Below are positions 1 through 11,605 of a stretch of DNA of 64,000 bases, one piece after another (the stretch's first letter is position 1; each line of letters opens with the position of its first letter). The translations under genes were made by a program, and so were the position numbers. The stretch lies in contig OZ024747.1 in NCBI GenBank assembly GCA_964016885.1, positions 4,774,001-4,838,000 of the forward strand. The letters run 5' to 3'. The notes beneath the pieces are model-generated. The model had not been told where the DNA came from. It saw only the letters and a program-made list of their open reading frames with translations, and did no database searches. The stretch is from Eledone cirrhosa (taxonomy: Eukaryota).

Positions 1-92
<92 letters not shown>

Positions 93-126
93 TATGTTAG
101 TGTACGCGTGTGTATGTGTGTGTGTG

Positions 127-160
<34 letters not shown>
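1..160. repeat. (TG)n microsatellite
   Basis: Direct (TG)n run with short TA interruptions. Confidence 0.97.
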
Positions 161-600
161 GATGGACCAGTATTTTTGTGATACTGGTAAAAATGGTGTA
201 CATTATTCGATATTTTCAGTAATTTGCAAAAACGATTCTCTCAAAAGAACATCAAAAACATCAATAATAAAAGAGGTGAAATGATGTATAGCATAATGTG
301 AGTGTCCAGATTGTACGTACTGCAAGGGGAATCCATTAGGCCCTGCCGTATTGGAATACTTGTGTACAAATGTCTATGTGCCCATCAATGTGCAATGCAT
401 ATGTGCGTATGTGTATGTGTGTGTGTCGGCACATTTATATCTATAAACATCAAAAGGTATGCACATTTGTGTATATTTGTGTTGCACCATAGAACATGTG
501 TGTTTACGTATGTCATTGTGTTTATATGTGGATAGAAATGTATGTAGGATGTATGCTGATGTATGTATGTATGTTGACGTGTGTATGTTGTGGGTTCGTC

Positions 601-1555
601 TTAGGGAGAAGTGTTTAGACGGGGTCCGTATTTGTTAATAAAGTGAGATTCCTTGCTGATGCTCTGGGTGTGGGTGGCATTATCTTTAAATTTGTAGAGG
701 GGAAAGATTCTAAAGTTGGGATGATTTTTTGGTGGCACAGGTATCAATGTGTTCACTCAGTGGTATTTTTCTGTATTCCCGTATTTTAATTTGGGATCTA
801 TGGACAGTCATGCGTTGACGGAGGCTGTTTTTAGTCTGGCCTATGTATTCTCGACAACCTGAGCAAGTTAATACATATATTAGATTTTCTGATGCGCATG
901 TGAAATTGTGTTTTACTATAAAACGTTGTCCTTCTTTGAAATAGAATTCTGAACCCTCTATTAGGTTGATGCATATGCCACAGTTGGGTCTATCGCATTT
1001 TTTTACTGTGGGTTTCGTTGTTGTGGTTGGCAGTACTCTGGCATGTGTTAGGATGTTTTTCATTGACTTAGATTGTCTTTTGCTCTCTATGATATCGTGT
1101 GTTCGAAGGATTTGGTTCATTCTATGGTCCTTTTTTTAATACAGGGATGTTCTGGAGGATAGTGTCAAAGGCCTCATTGTTGAGGAGGTTGTGTGTGGAG
1201 ATGTATGGAAGAGCTTTTAGTTTCGGTTGATTTACTTTAGGGTGTCTAAGGTCCTGGGTACTGAGTTTTAGGGCACATTGGATTCCATTGTCAATTAGTG
1301 ATGCAGGGTAGTCCCTGCTTATGAGTGTGTCCTTTAGTTCTTGTAGCCGTAAGTAGCAGGTGTTTTTATTGGAGACTATAGTACAGATTCTCTTGGCTAA
1401 GTTGTAGGGAATATTAATTTTAACGTGTCTAGGGTGGCAAGAATTGAAAGGAAGATATTGCTTGGAGTCTGTCGGCTTGTAGTATATGTCTGTTTCTATT
1501 TTTTTGTTATGAATCTTAATGAGGATGTCGAGGAAGGGGAGTTGTTGATGGCTGT
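601..1555 (-). mobile_element. Penelope-like retroelement (Neptune-type), 5'-truncated: RT C-terminus, Cys linker and GIY-YIG endonuclease
   Basis: ORF 1122..1580 has LPFLDILI..TDIYYKPTDSKQYLPFNSCHP (PLE RT end). ORF 710..1120 has CDRPNCGIC and NLIYVLTCSGCREYIGQT..R..H (GIY-YIG). The frame continues to KESHFINKYGPRLN and a stop at 601-603. Two frameshifts fall in homopolymer runs (~1130-1137 and ~725-730). Confidence 0.9.
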
Positions 1556-1736
1556 TTTGAAAAGCATTAGATATGCGCAACCGGTAAAACTAAAACTGAA
1601 TACTAACCAATACTTATTACTAATTTATACTTATTCCTAATTAAACTATTTTACACTGGGAAAAATTTGTCAGCATTTTCTTTTCCTTTTACTAATATAT
1701 ATATATATATATATATGTGTGTGTATATATATATAT

Positions 1737-1946
1737 AACGAAGGAGTTGTGGTAAGGAACCAGAGTACTCACCAGAGTACTCAATACTTAGGGTAGTTGA
1801 GTGGGTAGTAGGAAAATGTATGACCCCCAACGGCAGAGCTCAAGCCGTTTCGAAATCTATTTTTGGACTCTATTCGACGGCTATTTCGTCCAGAAATAGC
1901 CGTGGAAACCGCTTGAGCTCTGCCGTCGGGGTCATACATTTTCCTA
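1737..1946 (-). mobile_element. Fold-back mini-element family A, copy 1 (probable PLE pLTR-derived)
   Basis: Inverted arms 1809-1851 and 1905-1946, inner hairpin 1877-1903, tail containing GTACTCAATAC (1777-1787), flanked by (AT)n. Homologous to 35048-35224 and 58486-58681. Confidence 0.7.
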
Positions 1947-2035
1947 TATATATATATATATATACAAATATATATATAAATGAAAAGTATAGAAAGAAAA
2001 CATTGTAGCGAAAAGCCAACAGTATTCCATAATAT

Positions 2036-2039
<4 letters not shown>

Positions 2040-2112
<73 letters not shown>

Positions 2113-2113
2113 C

Positions 2114-2176
<63 letters not shown>

Positions 2177-2180
2177 TATA
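2040..2180. repeat. (TA)n microsatellite
   Basis: Direct dinucleotide run. Confidence 0.95.
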
Positions 2181-2388
2181 TTATCTTACATTGCCCATGG
2201 AGTGCGGTGAGATACAATCGGTACTGGCATTGATAAATATGCTGGATCCGTCAACCCTTATTATATATAGACTGCAGTGTGGAGACCGGGGTGACCACAA
2301 ATCTGGGTACCACTGGGGAAGGTTTGTCAAATAATAGCCGAAATCGCCAGGCGTCACCGCCGTGCTTACTCCTTTGTCTCTCACTCCC

Positions 2389-2432
<44 letters not shown>

Positions 2433-2503
2433 AGTGCTTCGAATCTGTTATAAATATATTTGTGGAATTACCAACAAATTAAATATCTCTTTGCTTATAT
2501 AAT

Positions 2504-2553
<50 letters not shown>

Positions 2554-2592
2554 TGTGTGTATGTGTGTGTGTGTGTGTGTATGTGTGTGTGC

Positions 2593-2641
<49 letters not shown>

Positions 2642-3109
2642 GGGGTTAGGGTTGATAGTTTTTAGAATTGGGGTGATAATGTTAAATATTATAATTTAAA
2701 AAGAAAAACACTTGTGTTACTGCTGTCATCAAAGATGAGGATGATAGTGATGATGATGATGATGGTGATGCTGCTGATGGTGGTGATGATGGTGATGGTG
2801 GTGATGCTGCTGATGGTGGTGATGGTGATAATAATGATGATGGTCTTGTTTGAATGATGACGATGATAATGATGAAGACATGATGATGGAAATGATCATG
2901 ATGATGATGATGACAATGAAGTTGATGATGATGATGGTGGTGACAATTAAGTTTATGATGATGGCGATGATGATGATGATGAGGGTGATATGCTAATGTG
3001 ATCATATGATAATATGCTAATATTATAATGAATATAAAAAGCACGAGGACACTAATGAATGACCGCAGTGAACATATCAATAATACCGATATTAATTATA
3101 ACAGTACTA

Positions 3110-4082
3110 TGATGATGATGGTGATGGTGATGGTGGTGGTGGTGGTGGTGGTGGTGGTGTTGTTGTTGGTGGTGGTGGTGGTGGTGTTGTTGTTGTTGGT
3201 GGTGGTGGTGGTGTTGTTGTTGGTGGTGGTGGTGGTGTTGTTGTTGTTGTTGTTGTTGGTGGTGTTGGTGGTGGTGGTGGTGGTGGTGTTGTTGGTGGTG
3301 GTGTTGGTGGTGGTGGTGGTGGTGGTGGTGTTGTTGTTGGTGGTGGTGGTGTTGTTGTTGTTGGTGGTGGTGTTGTTGGTGGTGGTGTTGTTGGTGGTGT
3401 TGTTGGTGGTGGTGTTGTTGTTGGTGGTGTTGTTGGTGGTGTTGTTGGTGGTGGTGTTGTTGTTGGTGGTGTTGTTGGTGTTGTTGTTGGTGGTGGTGGT
3501 GTTGTTGTTGTTGGTGGTGGTGTTGTTGATGTTGTTGGTGTTGTTGGTGGCGGTGGTGGTGTTGGTGGTGTTGTTGGTGTTGTTGTTGGTGGTGGTGGTG
3601 TTGTTGTTGTTGGTGGTGGTGTTGTTGATGTTGTTGGTGTTGTTGGTGGCGGTGGTGGTGTTGGTGGTGTTGTTGGTGTTGTTGTTGGTGGTGGTGGTGT
3701 TGTTGTTGTTGGTGGTGGTGTTGTTGATGTTGTTGGTGTTGTTGGTGGCGGTGGTGGTGTTGGTGGTGTTGTTGGTGTTGTTGTTGGTGGTGGTGGTGTT
3801 GTTGTTGTTGGTGGTGGTGTTGTTGATGTTGTTGGTGTTGTTGGTGGCGGTGGTGGTGTTGGTGGTGTCGTTGCTGTTGTTGTTGGTGGTGGTGGTGTTG
3901 TTGTTGTTGGTGGTGGTGTTGTTGATGTTGTTGGTGTTGTTGGTGGCGGTGGTGGTGTTGGTGGTGTTGTTGGTGTTGTTGTTGGTGGTGGTGGTGTTGG
4001 TGGTGTTGTTGGTGTTGTTGTTGTTTGTGGTGGTGGTGTTGGTGGTGTTGTTGGTGTTGTTGTTGTTTGTGGTGGTGGTTGT
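3110..4082. repeat. GGT/GTT compound trinucleotide repeat with higher-order periodicity
   Basis: Source of the poly-V/L and poly-H/Q ORFs. The recurring GATGTT and GGCGGT variants mark a repeated ~78-nt unit. Confidence 0.9.
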
Positions 4083-4149
4083 GATCCGGGTGCAAATAAT
4101 TAGAAAAATAAAAAAAGGAAAAGATATTCCATGTCGATTTCCTCAATAA

Positions 4150-4150
<1 letters not shown>

Positions 4151-4216
<66 letters not shown>

Positions 4217-4217
4217 T

Positions 4218-4279
<62 letters not shown>

Positions 4280-4313
4280 ATACTACTATCACCACCACCA
4301 CCACCACTACTAC

Positions 4314-4349
<36 letters not shown>

Positions 4350-4371
4350 TATCACCACCACCACCACCACC

Positions 4372-4439
<68 letters not shown>

Positions 4440-4467
4440 AACCATCACCACCGCCAGCGTCACAATA

Positions 4468-4501
<34 letters not shown>

Positions 4502-4533
4502 GTACCACAACCATCACCACCACACAACCACCG

Positions 4534-4589
<56 letters not shown>

Positions 4590-4611
4590 GCTGCTACTAC
4601 TACTACCACCA
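4151..4611. repeat. (CTA)n/(CAC)n trinucleotide repeat
   Basis: Direct. Confidence 0.92.
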
Positions 4612-5033
4612 TTAGGTTGATTAAATTATCCAAATACATATTTGACCTCGTTTTTTGGAAATTTATCAGTTGACCCTTCTGCCCTGAATTGATTAGTTTT
4701 TGTGAATATTTTAAGGGTTTTGGAGATTTTTCAGCAAAAGACTAAGAAATATTTGCCTTGTATATATAATTAGGGATAAATTTCCATCTGGCATTTCAAC
4801 CTCTAAAATATTTTAATCAGCCCAGGAACATATAAAGACAAAATGAAATAATAAATATGTGTAGACATCACACCTAATATATTGTATTGTAATTCTACTG
4901 ACTTTTGTGGTGTATGCTGAAGAGCTAGACTTTCTTTTTATCTATCTATCAGTCTGTTTGTTTGACTATCTATCTATCTATCTATCTATCTATATATCTA
5001 TCTATATATCTATCTATCTGTCTATCTATCTAT

Positions 5034-8000
5034 TGGTATCCTAGATGCACGCTGGGACTACGTAGGGGCCTGCCCCGATAGAGAGGGGTGTAATAGCCTC
5101 AAAGGGTTAATCGGTCGATTTGACCTGGCCGATAGATATCGACTAGATTTTCCGACTGCGCCAACCTGGACTTGGGCAAATCGTAGCGGATCATCTAGGT
5201 CGTACCTAGATAGGTTCTTAGTTAGAATTAAGGATAAGGACTTTTTAAGTTGTCCAAAAATGCGCATGGTTGGCTATTCAGACCACAAATTAGTGACCTG
5301 CATGGTCAACCTTGACAGAACTCATAGACAGGGCCCCGGTTACTGGAAGCTCAACTTGTCCTTGCCGGCAAGTAGAGCCTACAGGAATCGGATTAGTACG
5401 TTAGTTAAGGAACGGTTGACTGGAGCGATCGTCAACAGCAGGTGGTGGGTATCTCTAAAGAGAGAGATTAGAGTAGTCTCGATAGAATTTAGTAAGGTTC
5501 TAGCTGCGGATAGGAATAGGAAGGAAAGGGAGCTAATAGATAGAGTAGAAGAGGCAATTAGAAGCGGCGACGTGGCCAGAGTGCTAGCGTCGAGAACGGC
5601 TTTGAGCCAGTTTTTCGACGCGAAGCACGAAGGCTGCGTTGTCCGAAGTAAAATACGTGCTCTAGGGAACGAGGGGACCAAAGCTGTTAGCTGGGCCCGC
5701 GTGACAGAGGCCAACAGTGGAACTAAATCCACCATCCGGTCTTTGCGAGACCTGGATGGACGGGCGATTCTTGAGCCTAAGCAGATGTGTGAGGCCTTTC
5801 AAAGGCACTTTGCCCGACTGTTCGGGAGGGGCGGGGAGCCGGTTGGGAACGTGGACTTCGGTCCATACCTCGACGGCCTGCCGCGCCTCTCGGACAGGGA
5901 GGCGAAGTCCTGCGAGGAGCCGATTTCGGCCGCTGAGATAGAGGACGTGCTGAGCCAATGCGGCAAACGCAAATCCCCGGGTCTCGATGGTCTTCCTTAC
6001 GAATTATATCTAGCTATGCCGGACTTGTTCCCCGATCTCCTCGAGGCGGTCTACTGCAACTGGCAACAGAACGGGAGAATTCCCTGTACTGTGACCAAGG
6101 GCGTAGTCACGCTAGTGAGGAAGGACGAGAACAAGGGGGACGAAATAAGTAACTTCAGGCCCATAACACTGCTAAATACAGAGTTACAGATTTTGGCCAA
6201 GGTGCTAGCAAAGAGGTTGGCGCTTGTCGTGGGCAACCTGGTGGGAGATGCGCAGACATGCGCTATCCCGTCCAGGTCCATCCATGACAACCTCCACCTC
6301 ATGCGATACATCATAGAGAGGGTTGGGAACGAACCCGGCTTTGGTGGGGCTCTGATCAACTTGGATCAATCTAAGGCGTTCGATAGGGTCGACCATGGTT
6401 ACCTGGATGCGGTGCTAGCGGCGGCAGGCTTCGGACCCGTTTTCAGGGGCTGGATCACTGCTATGCACAGCAGCCGCATCTGCTCTAGGGTCAAGGTGAA
6501 CGGCTACCTCTCGGAGCCGTTCAAAATCGCGCGGTCCATCCGACAAGGGTGCCCTCTCTCCTCCCTTCTGTATGTGTTGACTCTCGAGCCACTACTGCGG
6601 AAGTTGGAGTTGTTGCAGGGCATCCCTTTGGAACCGGGATTGCGGAAAGCGGTGTCGGCCTACGCCGATGACGTGACAGTAATGGTGTCGACGGCCTCCG
6701 AAATCGAGGCGGTCGGCACCTTACTGGAGGAGTACGAAAAGTTCACAGGGGCTAAGCTGAACCGGGACAAGTCGATCGGTTTGCAACTCGGCACGTGGAG
6801 GGGCAGACCGATGCCCTCCGATAGCGTCGTCGGACGCTGGACGGAGGGCCCGGTGAAGTTGCTCGGGGTCTGGTTCGGACCGGACCTCCAGGTGGAGAAA
6901 AACTGGGCGGAGGTTACGAACAGGGTGTTTGCACTGACCCAGAAGTGGGCCAGTTGCAAACTATCCCTGAAAGGTCGGGCGGAGGTGGCGAACACCTACA
7001 TAGCGTCCGTCATCTACTACCGCCTGACCGTAGTGCCCTGCCCAAGGGAAACCCTCACCAAGATGGAGCGCGCGCTCTTCCAATTCCTTTGGAAGAGGCG
7101 GGCTCCTATGGTGAGGAGATCCATCTGCTGTCAACACCCTTCGAAAGGAGGGCTGGGGATGCCGTGGCTAATGATGCGTAAACACGCATTAAGGCTACGG
7201 CACCTCTACGTATTCCTCACCGGACAACCGGTGTGGGCCTCGTTTGTGAGACGAACCTTTCCCAGACTCGTCTCACTCACCGAGCTGCAATCCTGGGTCA
7301 AGCAAAGACCGAGAAAACTGGGCGCCTGGCACACTGAGTGTGCCCAGGCGCTCACCGCCCTCTGGCAGGCGGATCCGGTTATCAGTGGAGACTCCACCGC
7401 AACATTCTATAGAGGGCTGGTACGCAGCAGGTGCGACGACGCCCTCGGAGAAGCCCTAGACATGGAGGAGGACGAACTGGCCAGCCTGTTCGGTAGGACA
7501 TTCAGCCCGGGACCTATGGACAACTTCCAGAAGTCCCTGGCCTGGCAGTGCTACCGAGGGGCTTTACCCGTTCGAGAAAGGCTCTACAGACACGGGCGCC
7601 CGGGTAGGGACCCCGCCAAAAAGATCTGTCCCAGATGCGTGTGCGACGAGGAAACCGTTGCACACGCATTAGTACACTGCTCGGGCGTAGCCGATCTGTG
7701 GGGCTATGTCGAACAACTGCTGTCAAGGGTGGGACCGATCCGGTTGACCACCGAGTCTATTGTAATGATCAAGCCGCCTCCCCCCTTCAAAGATGAAGCA
7801 GAGGCGGTGTTTCTGTGCGTAATAGCCATGGCGAAAGAGGTTGTATGGTGGACGCGTCTGAAAGGACTGAGGTCGGGCACCTTTCTCTCTGGCCAACAAC
7901 TGGTCCGTTTCTTCCGATATCATTTCGGAAGAAGGATCAGGATGGAGAGAGAGGTGCTGCACCCCAGCCGTTTCTATGAAAGATGGGTGAAAATGGCGAG

Positions 8001-8305
8001 AATGGCCCGTGTGAATGGGCCTTCACTCTACATCAGACTATAGGTGAGGAAGATGAAAGACCAAGGGAGCACCCCTTCTCTGTGCTCCTGAGGAGAAGGG
8101 TTGCACACTTTTTTCGGGGGTGTGTGCGACCCCCCAAGGCGCCTCCTCTCTATTGAGGATTTTGTTAAAAATTTTATTTTTTGTTATATCTTATTTTATT
8201 TTTATATTTTGTTATTGCCTCCTCCTTATTGAGGACGCCTTTTTGTGTAAACTCCCCCCTTTGTACTTGTCCCACTTTTGATGCCCTAGTGGCAAATAAA
8301 AGAAA
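5034..8305 (+). mobile_element. L1/Tx1-clade non-LTR retrotransposon, 5'-truncated, in (TATC)n
   Basis: Open frame 5035-8043, then a 3' UTR ending GCCCTAGTGGCAAATAAAAGAAA. (CTAT)n lies on both sides. Confidence 0.92.
5035..8043 (+). CDS. LINE ORF2 (C-terminal half of APE endonuclease, reverse transcriptase, C-terminal Cys/His motif), uninterrupted
   Basis: APE motifs WTW..SYLDR..SDH and GPGYWKLN. RT motifs KSPGLDG, FRPITLLN, DQSKAFDRVDH, RQGCPLS and AYADD. C-terminal CPRC..ETVAHALVHC. The frame is open upstream of the annotated Met at 5260. Confidence 0.9.
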   Translation, partial: GILDARWDYVGACPDREGCNSLKGLIGRFDLADRYRLDFPTAPTWTWANRSGSSRSYLDRFLVRIKDKDFLSCPKMRMVGYSDHKLVTCMVNLDRTHRQGPGYWKLNLSLPASRAYRNRISTLVKERLTGAIVNSRWWVSLKREIRVVSIEFSKVLAADRNRKERELIDRVEEAIRSGDVARVLASRTALSQFFDAKHEGCVVRSKIRALGNEGTKAVSWARVTEANSGTKSTIRSLRDLDGRAILEPKQMCEAFQRHFARLFGRGGEPVGNVDFGPYLDGLPRLSDREAKSCEEPISAAEIEDVLSQCGKRKSPGLDGLPYELYLAMPDLFPDLLEAVYCNWQQNGRIPCTVTKGVVTLVRKDENKGDEISNFRPITLLNTELQILAKVLAKRLALVVGNLVGDAQTCAIPSRSIHDNLHLMRYIIERVGNEPGFGGALINLDQSKAFDRVDHGYLDAVLAAAGFGPVFRGWITAMHSSRICSRVKVNGYLSEPFKIARSIRQGCPLSSLLYVLTLEPLLRKLELLQGIPLEPGLRKAVSAYADDVTVMVSTASEIEAVGTLLEEYEKFTGAKLNRDKSIGLQLGTWRGRPMPSDSVVGRWTEGPVKLLGVWFGPDLQVEKNWAEVTNRVFALTQKWASCKLSLKGRAEVANTYIASVIYYRLTVVPCPRETLTKMERALFQFLWKRRAPMVRRSICCQHPSKGGLGMPWLMMRKHALRLRHLYVFLTGQPVWASFVRRTFPRLVSLTELQSWVKQRPRKLGAWHTECAQALTALWQADPVISGDSTATFYRGLVRSRCDDALGEALDMEEDELASLFGRTFSPGPMDNFQKSLAWQCYRGALPVRERLYRHGRPGRDPAKKICPRCVCDEETVAHALVHCSGVADLWGYVEQLLSRVGPIRLTTESIVMIKPPPPFKDEAEAVFLCVIAMAKEVVWWTRLKGLRSGTFLSGQQLVRFFRYHFGRRIRMEREVLHPSRFYERWVKMARMARVNGPSLYIRL

Positions 8306-8391
8306 TATATCTATCTATCTATCTATCTGTCTATCTATCTATCTATCTATCTGTCTATATATCTATCATCTATCCTTTCATCTATCTGTTT

Positions 8392-8486
8392 CTATTTTAT
8401 TAATAGTTTTGTTTTCATATACCTGTGTGTAAACTCCCCATTTGTATTTGTCCCCTTCTTTTGTGCCCTTGTGGCTAATAAAGAAA
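8392..8486 (+). mobile_element. Tx1-like LINE 3'-end stub
   Basis: GTGTAAACTCCCC...GCCCTTGTGGCTAATAAAGAAA matches the 3' end of 5034-8305. Followed by (TC)n. Confidence 0.75.
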
Positions 8487-8792
<306 letters not shown>

Positions 8793-8805
8793 TCTATCTA
8801 TCTAC

Positions 8806-8843
<38 letters not shown>

Positions 8844-8972
8844 GTCTAACTATCTATCTAACTATATATATATATATAAACTTCTATGTATGTATGTATG
8901 TATGTATGTATGTATGTATGTATGTATGTATGTATGTATGTATGTATGTATGTATGTATGTATGTATGTATG

Positions 8973-10956
8973 TCTCTTGCGTGAAGTTTATGGACCGTCT
9001 TCTTCTCTGGTGACACTGCTTCGCCGCAGGGATGGCAAAGAACTTCTTCGTGACTCACAAGGATTTCTACGAAGGTGGCGAGAGCACTTTGATGATCTTT
9101 TGAATCAGCCGTCTGTCGTCAATGAAGATTTCCTCAATCTCATTCCAGAAAGTCCTGTGAAAGTAGCTCTCGCAGAACCTCCGACGCTTGTGGAGGTTGC
9201 AGTGGATATCTCGAAGCTGAACAGTGGAAGGTCTCCAGGTATGGATGGCATACATGCTGAGCTGCTACAATATGGTGGTGAGAGACTCCTACAACATCTT
9301 CACTCTTTGTTTAGCAGGATATGGGCTAATGAATCCGTACCTGAGGACTGGAGGGATGCAGTAATGGTGGTCTTGTACAAGGGTAAGGGTAACAGGAATG
9401 ATTGTGGGAACTACAGAGGTATATCATTGCTTTCTGACGTAGGGAAAGTTTTATGTAGAGTGCTCCTGGACCGTCTGCTGACACACATTGCAGATTGTGT
9501 TCTACCTGAAAGTCAATCTGGTTTTCGTGCTGGACGCGGCACTACTGATATGATCTTCTCAGTTAGACAGCTCCAAGAGAAGTGCATGGAACAAGGTTTG
9601 GATCTGTATCAGGGTTTTGTCGATCTGACAAAAGCTTTCGATACTGTTAACAGAAATGCATTATGGAAGGTTCTCCAGAAACTTGGTTGCCCTGATAAGT
9701 TCCTTGCTTTAGTTAGGTCTTTCCATGACGACATGAAGACTTGGGTTAATGTCGGAGGTAACATGTCGGAGCCTATCTCAGTAAAAAATGCAGTGAAACA
9801 GGGGGATATTCCAGCACCGACCCTGTTTGCCATACACTTTGCAATGGTTTTCTATGTTACATTCAGGAATTGCGAGCATGGTGTTTACATCCGATATCGA
9901 ACCTCAGGCAGCATATTTAACATCAGGCGCTTTGCTGCAAAAACAAAAGTATTTACATCAATCATAAGAGACCTCTTGTATGCAGATGATTGCGATCTTG
10001 TAGCGCACACAGTGAGTGATATGCAGCACATTTTGAATGTATTTTCTGATGCTTGCACTGCCCTAGGGTTGACTGTCAGTCTCAAGAAAACCGTCGTCAT
10101 GTACCAACCTGCCCCTGGTAAGCAGTACAGTGAACCAAATATCTATGTGTATGGTAAACAACTTGGAGTGGTTGATCAGTTTGTCTACCTGGGAAGCACT
10201 GTCAATCGATACAGCAACCTTGATAATGAAATCCCACTCAGGATTAGGAAAGCAAGTGATGCTTTCGGAAAGCTAGAAAGGCAACTCTGGGGTCGGCGAG
10301 ACATATGCAAGAAGACAAAGGTAAAGGTGTACAAGGCATGTGTGCTCTCTTCTCTTCTTTATGCCTGCGAGACCTGGGTCACATATCGACACCACCTTAA
10401 GCAATTGGAGCGTTTCCATCAGATGTGTCTCAGACGGATCCATGGCGTTCACTGGAGGGGACCACATCAGTGATGTCGAGATTTTGAAAAGCTCTATGTG
10501 TGACAGTATAGAAGCTCTTGTGCTTAAGCAACGTCTCCGTTGGAGTGGTCACCTTGCCAGGATGAAGGATTCTAGAATACCAAAACAACTCTTTTATGGA
10601 GAGTTAGTTAAAGGAAAACGAGCGCCACATAAACCAAAAAGGAGGTATAGGGATTCCTTGAAAGCCTCTTTGAAAGACGCTAACATCTCTGCTGATACAT
10701 GGGAAAATGTTGCTGCTGATCGTAATAAATGGAGAAAGACTGTATATGAGGGAAAAGTTGCCTTTGAGGCATCTCGAATCGCATACGAGAAAGTAAAGCT
10801 ATGTGTCAATAATTGTTACAAGTGTAGTGTTTGTACCAGAGTTTTCAAGTCGCTGACTGGACTAAAAAGTCACATTCGTTCAGCACATCGGTAGGGGTTC
10901 TCCTACATGGATATAAAGTAGTGGCCGTACTCGAAAACGAGTTGGCAGCCACTACC
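8973..10956 (+). mobile_element. RTE-clade LINE, 5'-truncated, in (TATG)n
   Basis: RT motifs RWREHF, GRSPGMDG, YRGISLL, PESQSGFR, DLTKAFDTV, KQGD..APTLF and LLYADD. RTE-type LRWSGHLARM..RIPKQLFYGEL. C2H2-like CSVC..HIRSAH. One +1 frameshift in a G run at ~10457-10460. Confidence 0.92.
10918..10955 (+). other. 3'-terminal stem-loop of the RTE element
   Basis: GTAGTGGC...GCCACTAC outer stem with an ACTCG-AAAA-CGAGT inner hairpin immediately before the (TATG)n tail. Confidence 0.6.
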
Positions 10957-11231
10957 ATGTATGTATGTATGTATGTATGTATGTATGTATGTATGTATGT
11001 ATGTATGTATGTATGTATGTATGTATGCATGTATGTATGTATCTAACTATCTATCTATCTACAGGGGCGGGGGAATTGAGGTGGTGGTGGAGGACGGGTA
11101 TACATCCTCCCTATTAAGGATATGTTCTCCCCAATATCTTCCAGCCGTTATCATCGAGTTTTCTATGAGCCAAGGACTCAGGATCAGATTGTCCAATATT
11201 GTTCTCTAACGAAGTTCTACATCGATGACTC

Positions 11232-11527
11232 CTCATATGAGGGAGATTCGGCTGCTATTTCTAAGAATTCAAACGTCGATCTAGAGGCTGTGACATGAAC
11301 TGTAATGTGAGGGTGTTCAGATGATGGTGAATTGGTTGACATTTCTAGGAAGTCGTACGACTGCGTAGAGGCTCTGTTTTATAGCTTGATGGCTGCTCAT
11401 ATAAGGCAGATTTCGCTGCTCTTTTTAGGAGGTCGAAGGATCGCATAGAGGCTTACACTTTGGTAGATTCTCAGATGAGGCAGATTTTGCTGTTATTTCT
11501 AGGAGGTGGAACAACCATACAGAGGCT
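11232..11527. repeat. Degenerate tandem array (4 units, ~74-84 bp period) of a dispersed repeat motif
   Basis: Each unit approximates CTCADATGAGGxAGATT..GCTGxTATTTCTAGGAGGTCG..C..C..TAGAGGCT. The same motif occurs singly at ~46908-46960, ~47118-47160 and ~58797-58850. Confidence 0.65.
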
Positions 11528-11605
11528 CACTCGTGTTCAGTAGCGTTGAGATGGGAATTCTCCTGTCAACTCCAAGTTTAATAGACCGATGATTATCAAG
11601 TATAA

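Noticed and set aside
3028-4527. Poly-V/L and poly-H/Q ORFs (and similar ORFs at 11537, 22012, 44842, 47151, 61565)
   Set aside because: Translations of simple repeats.
11232-11527. CRISPR array
   Set aside because: Units are highly diverged, the context is eukaryotic, there are no cas genes, and the motif is a dispersed repeat.
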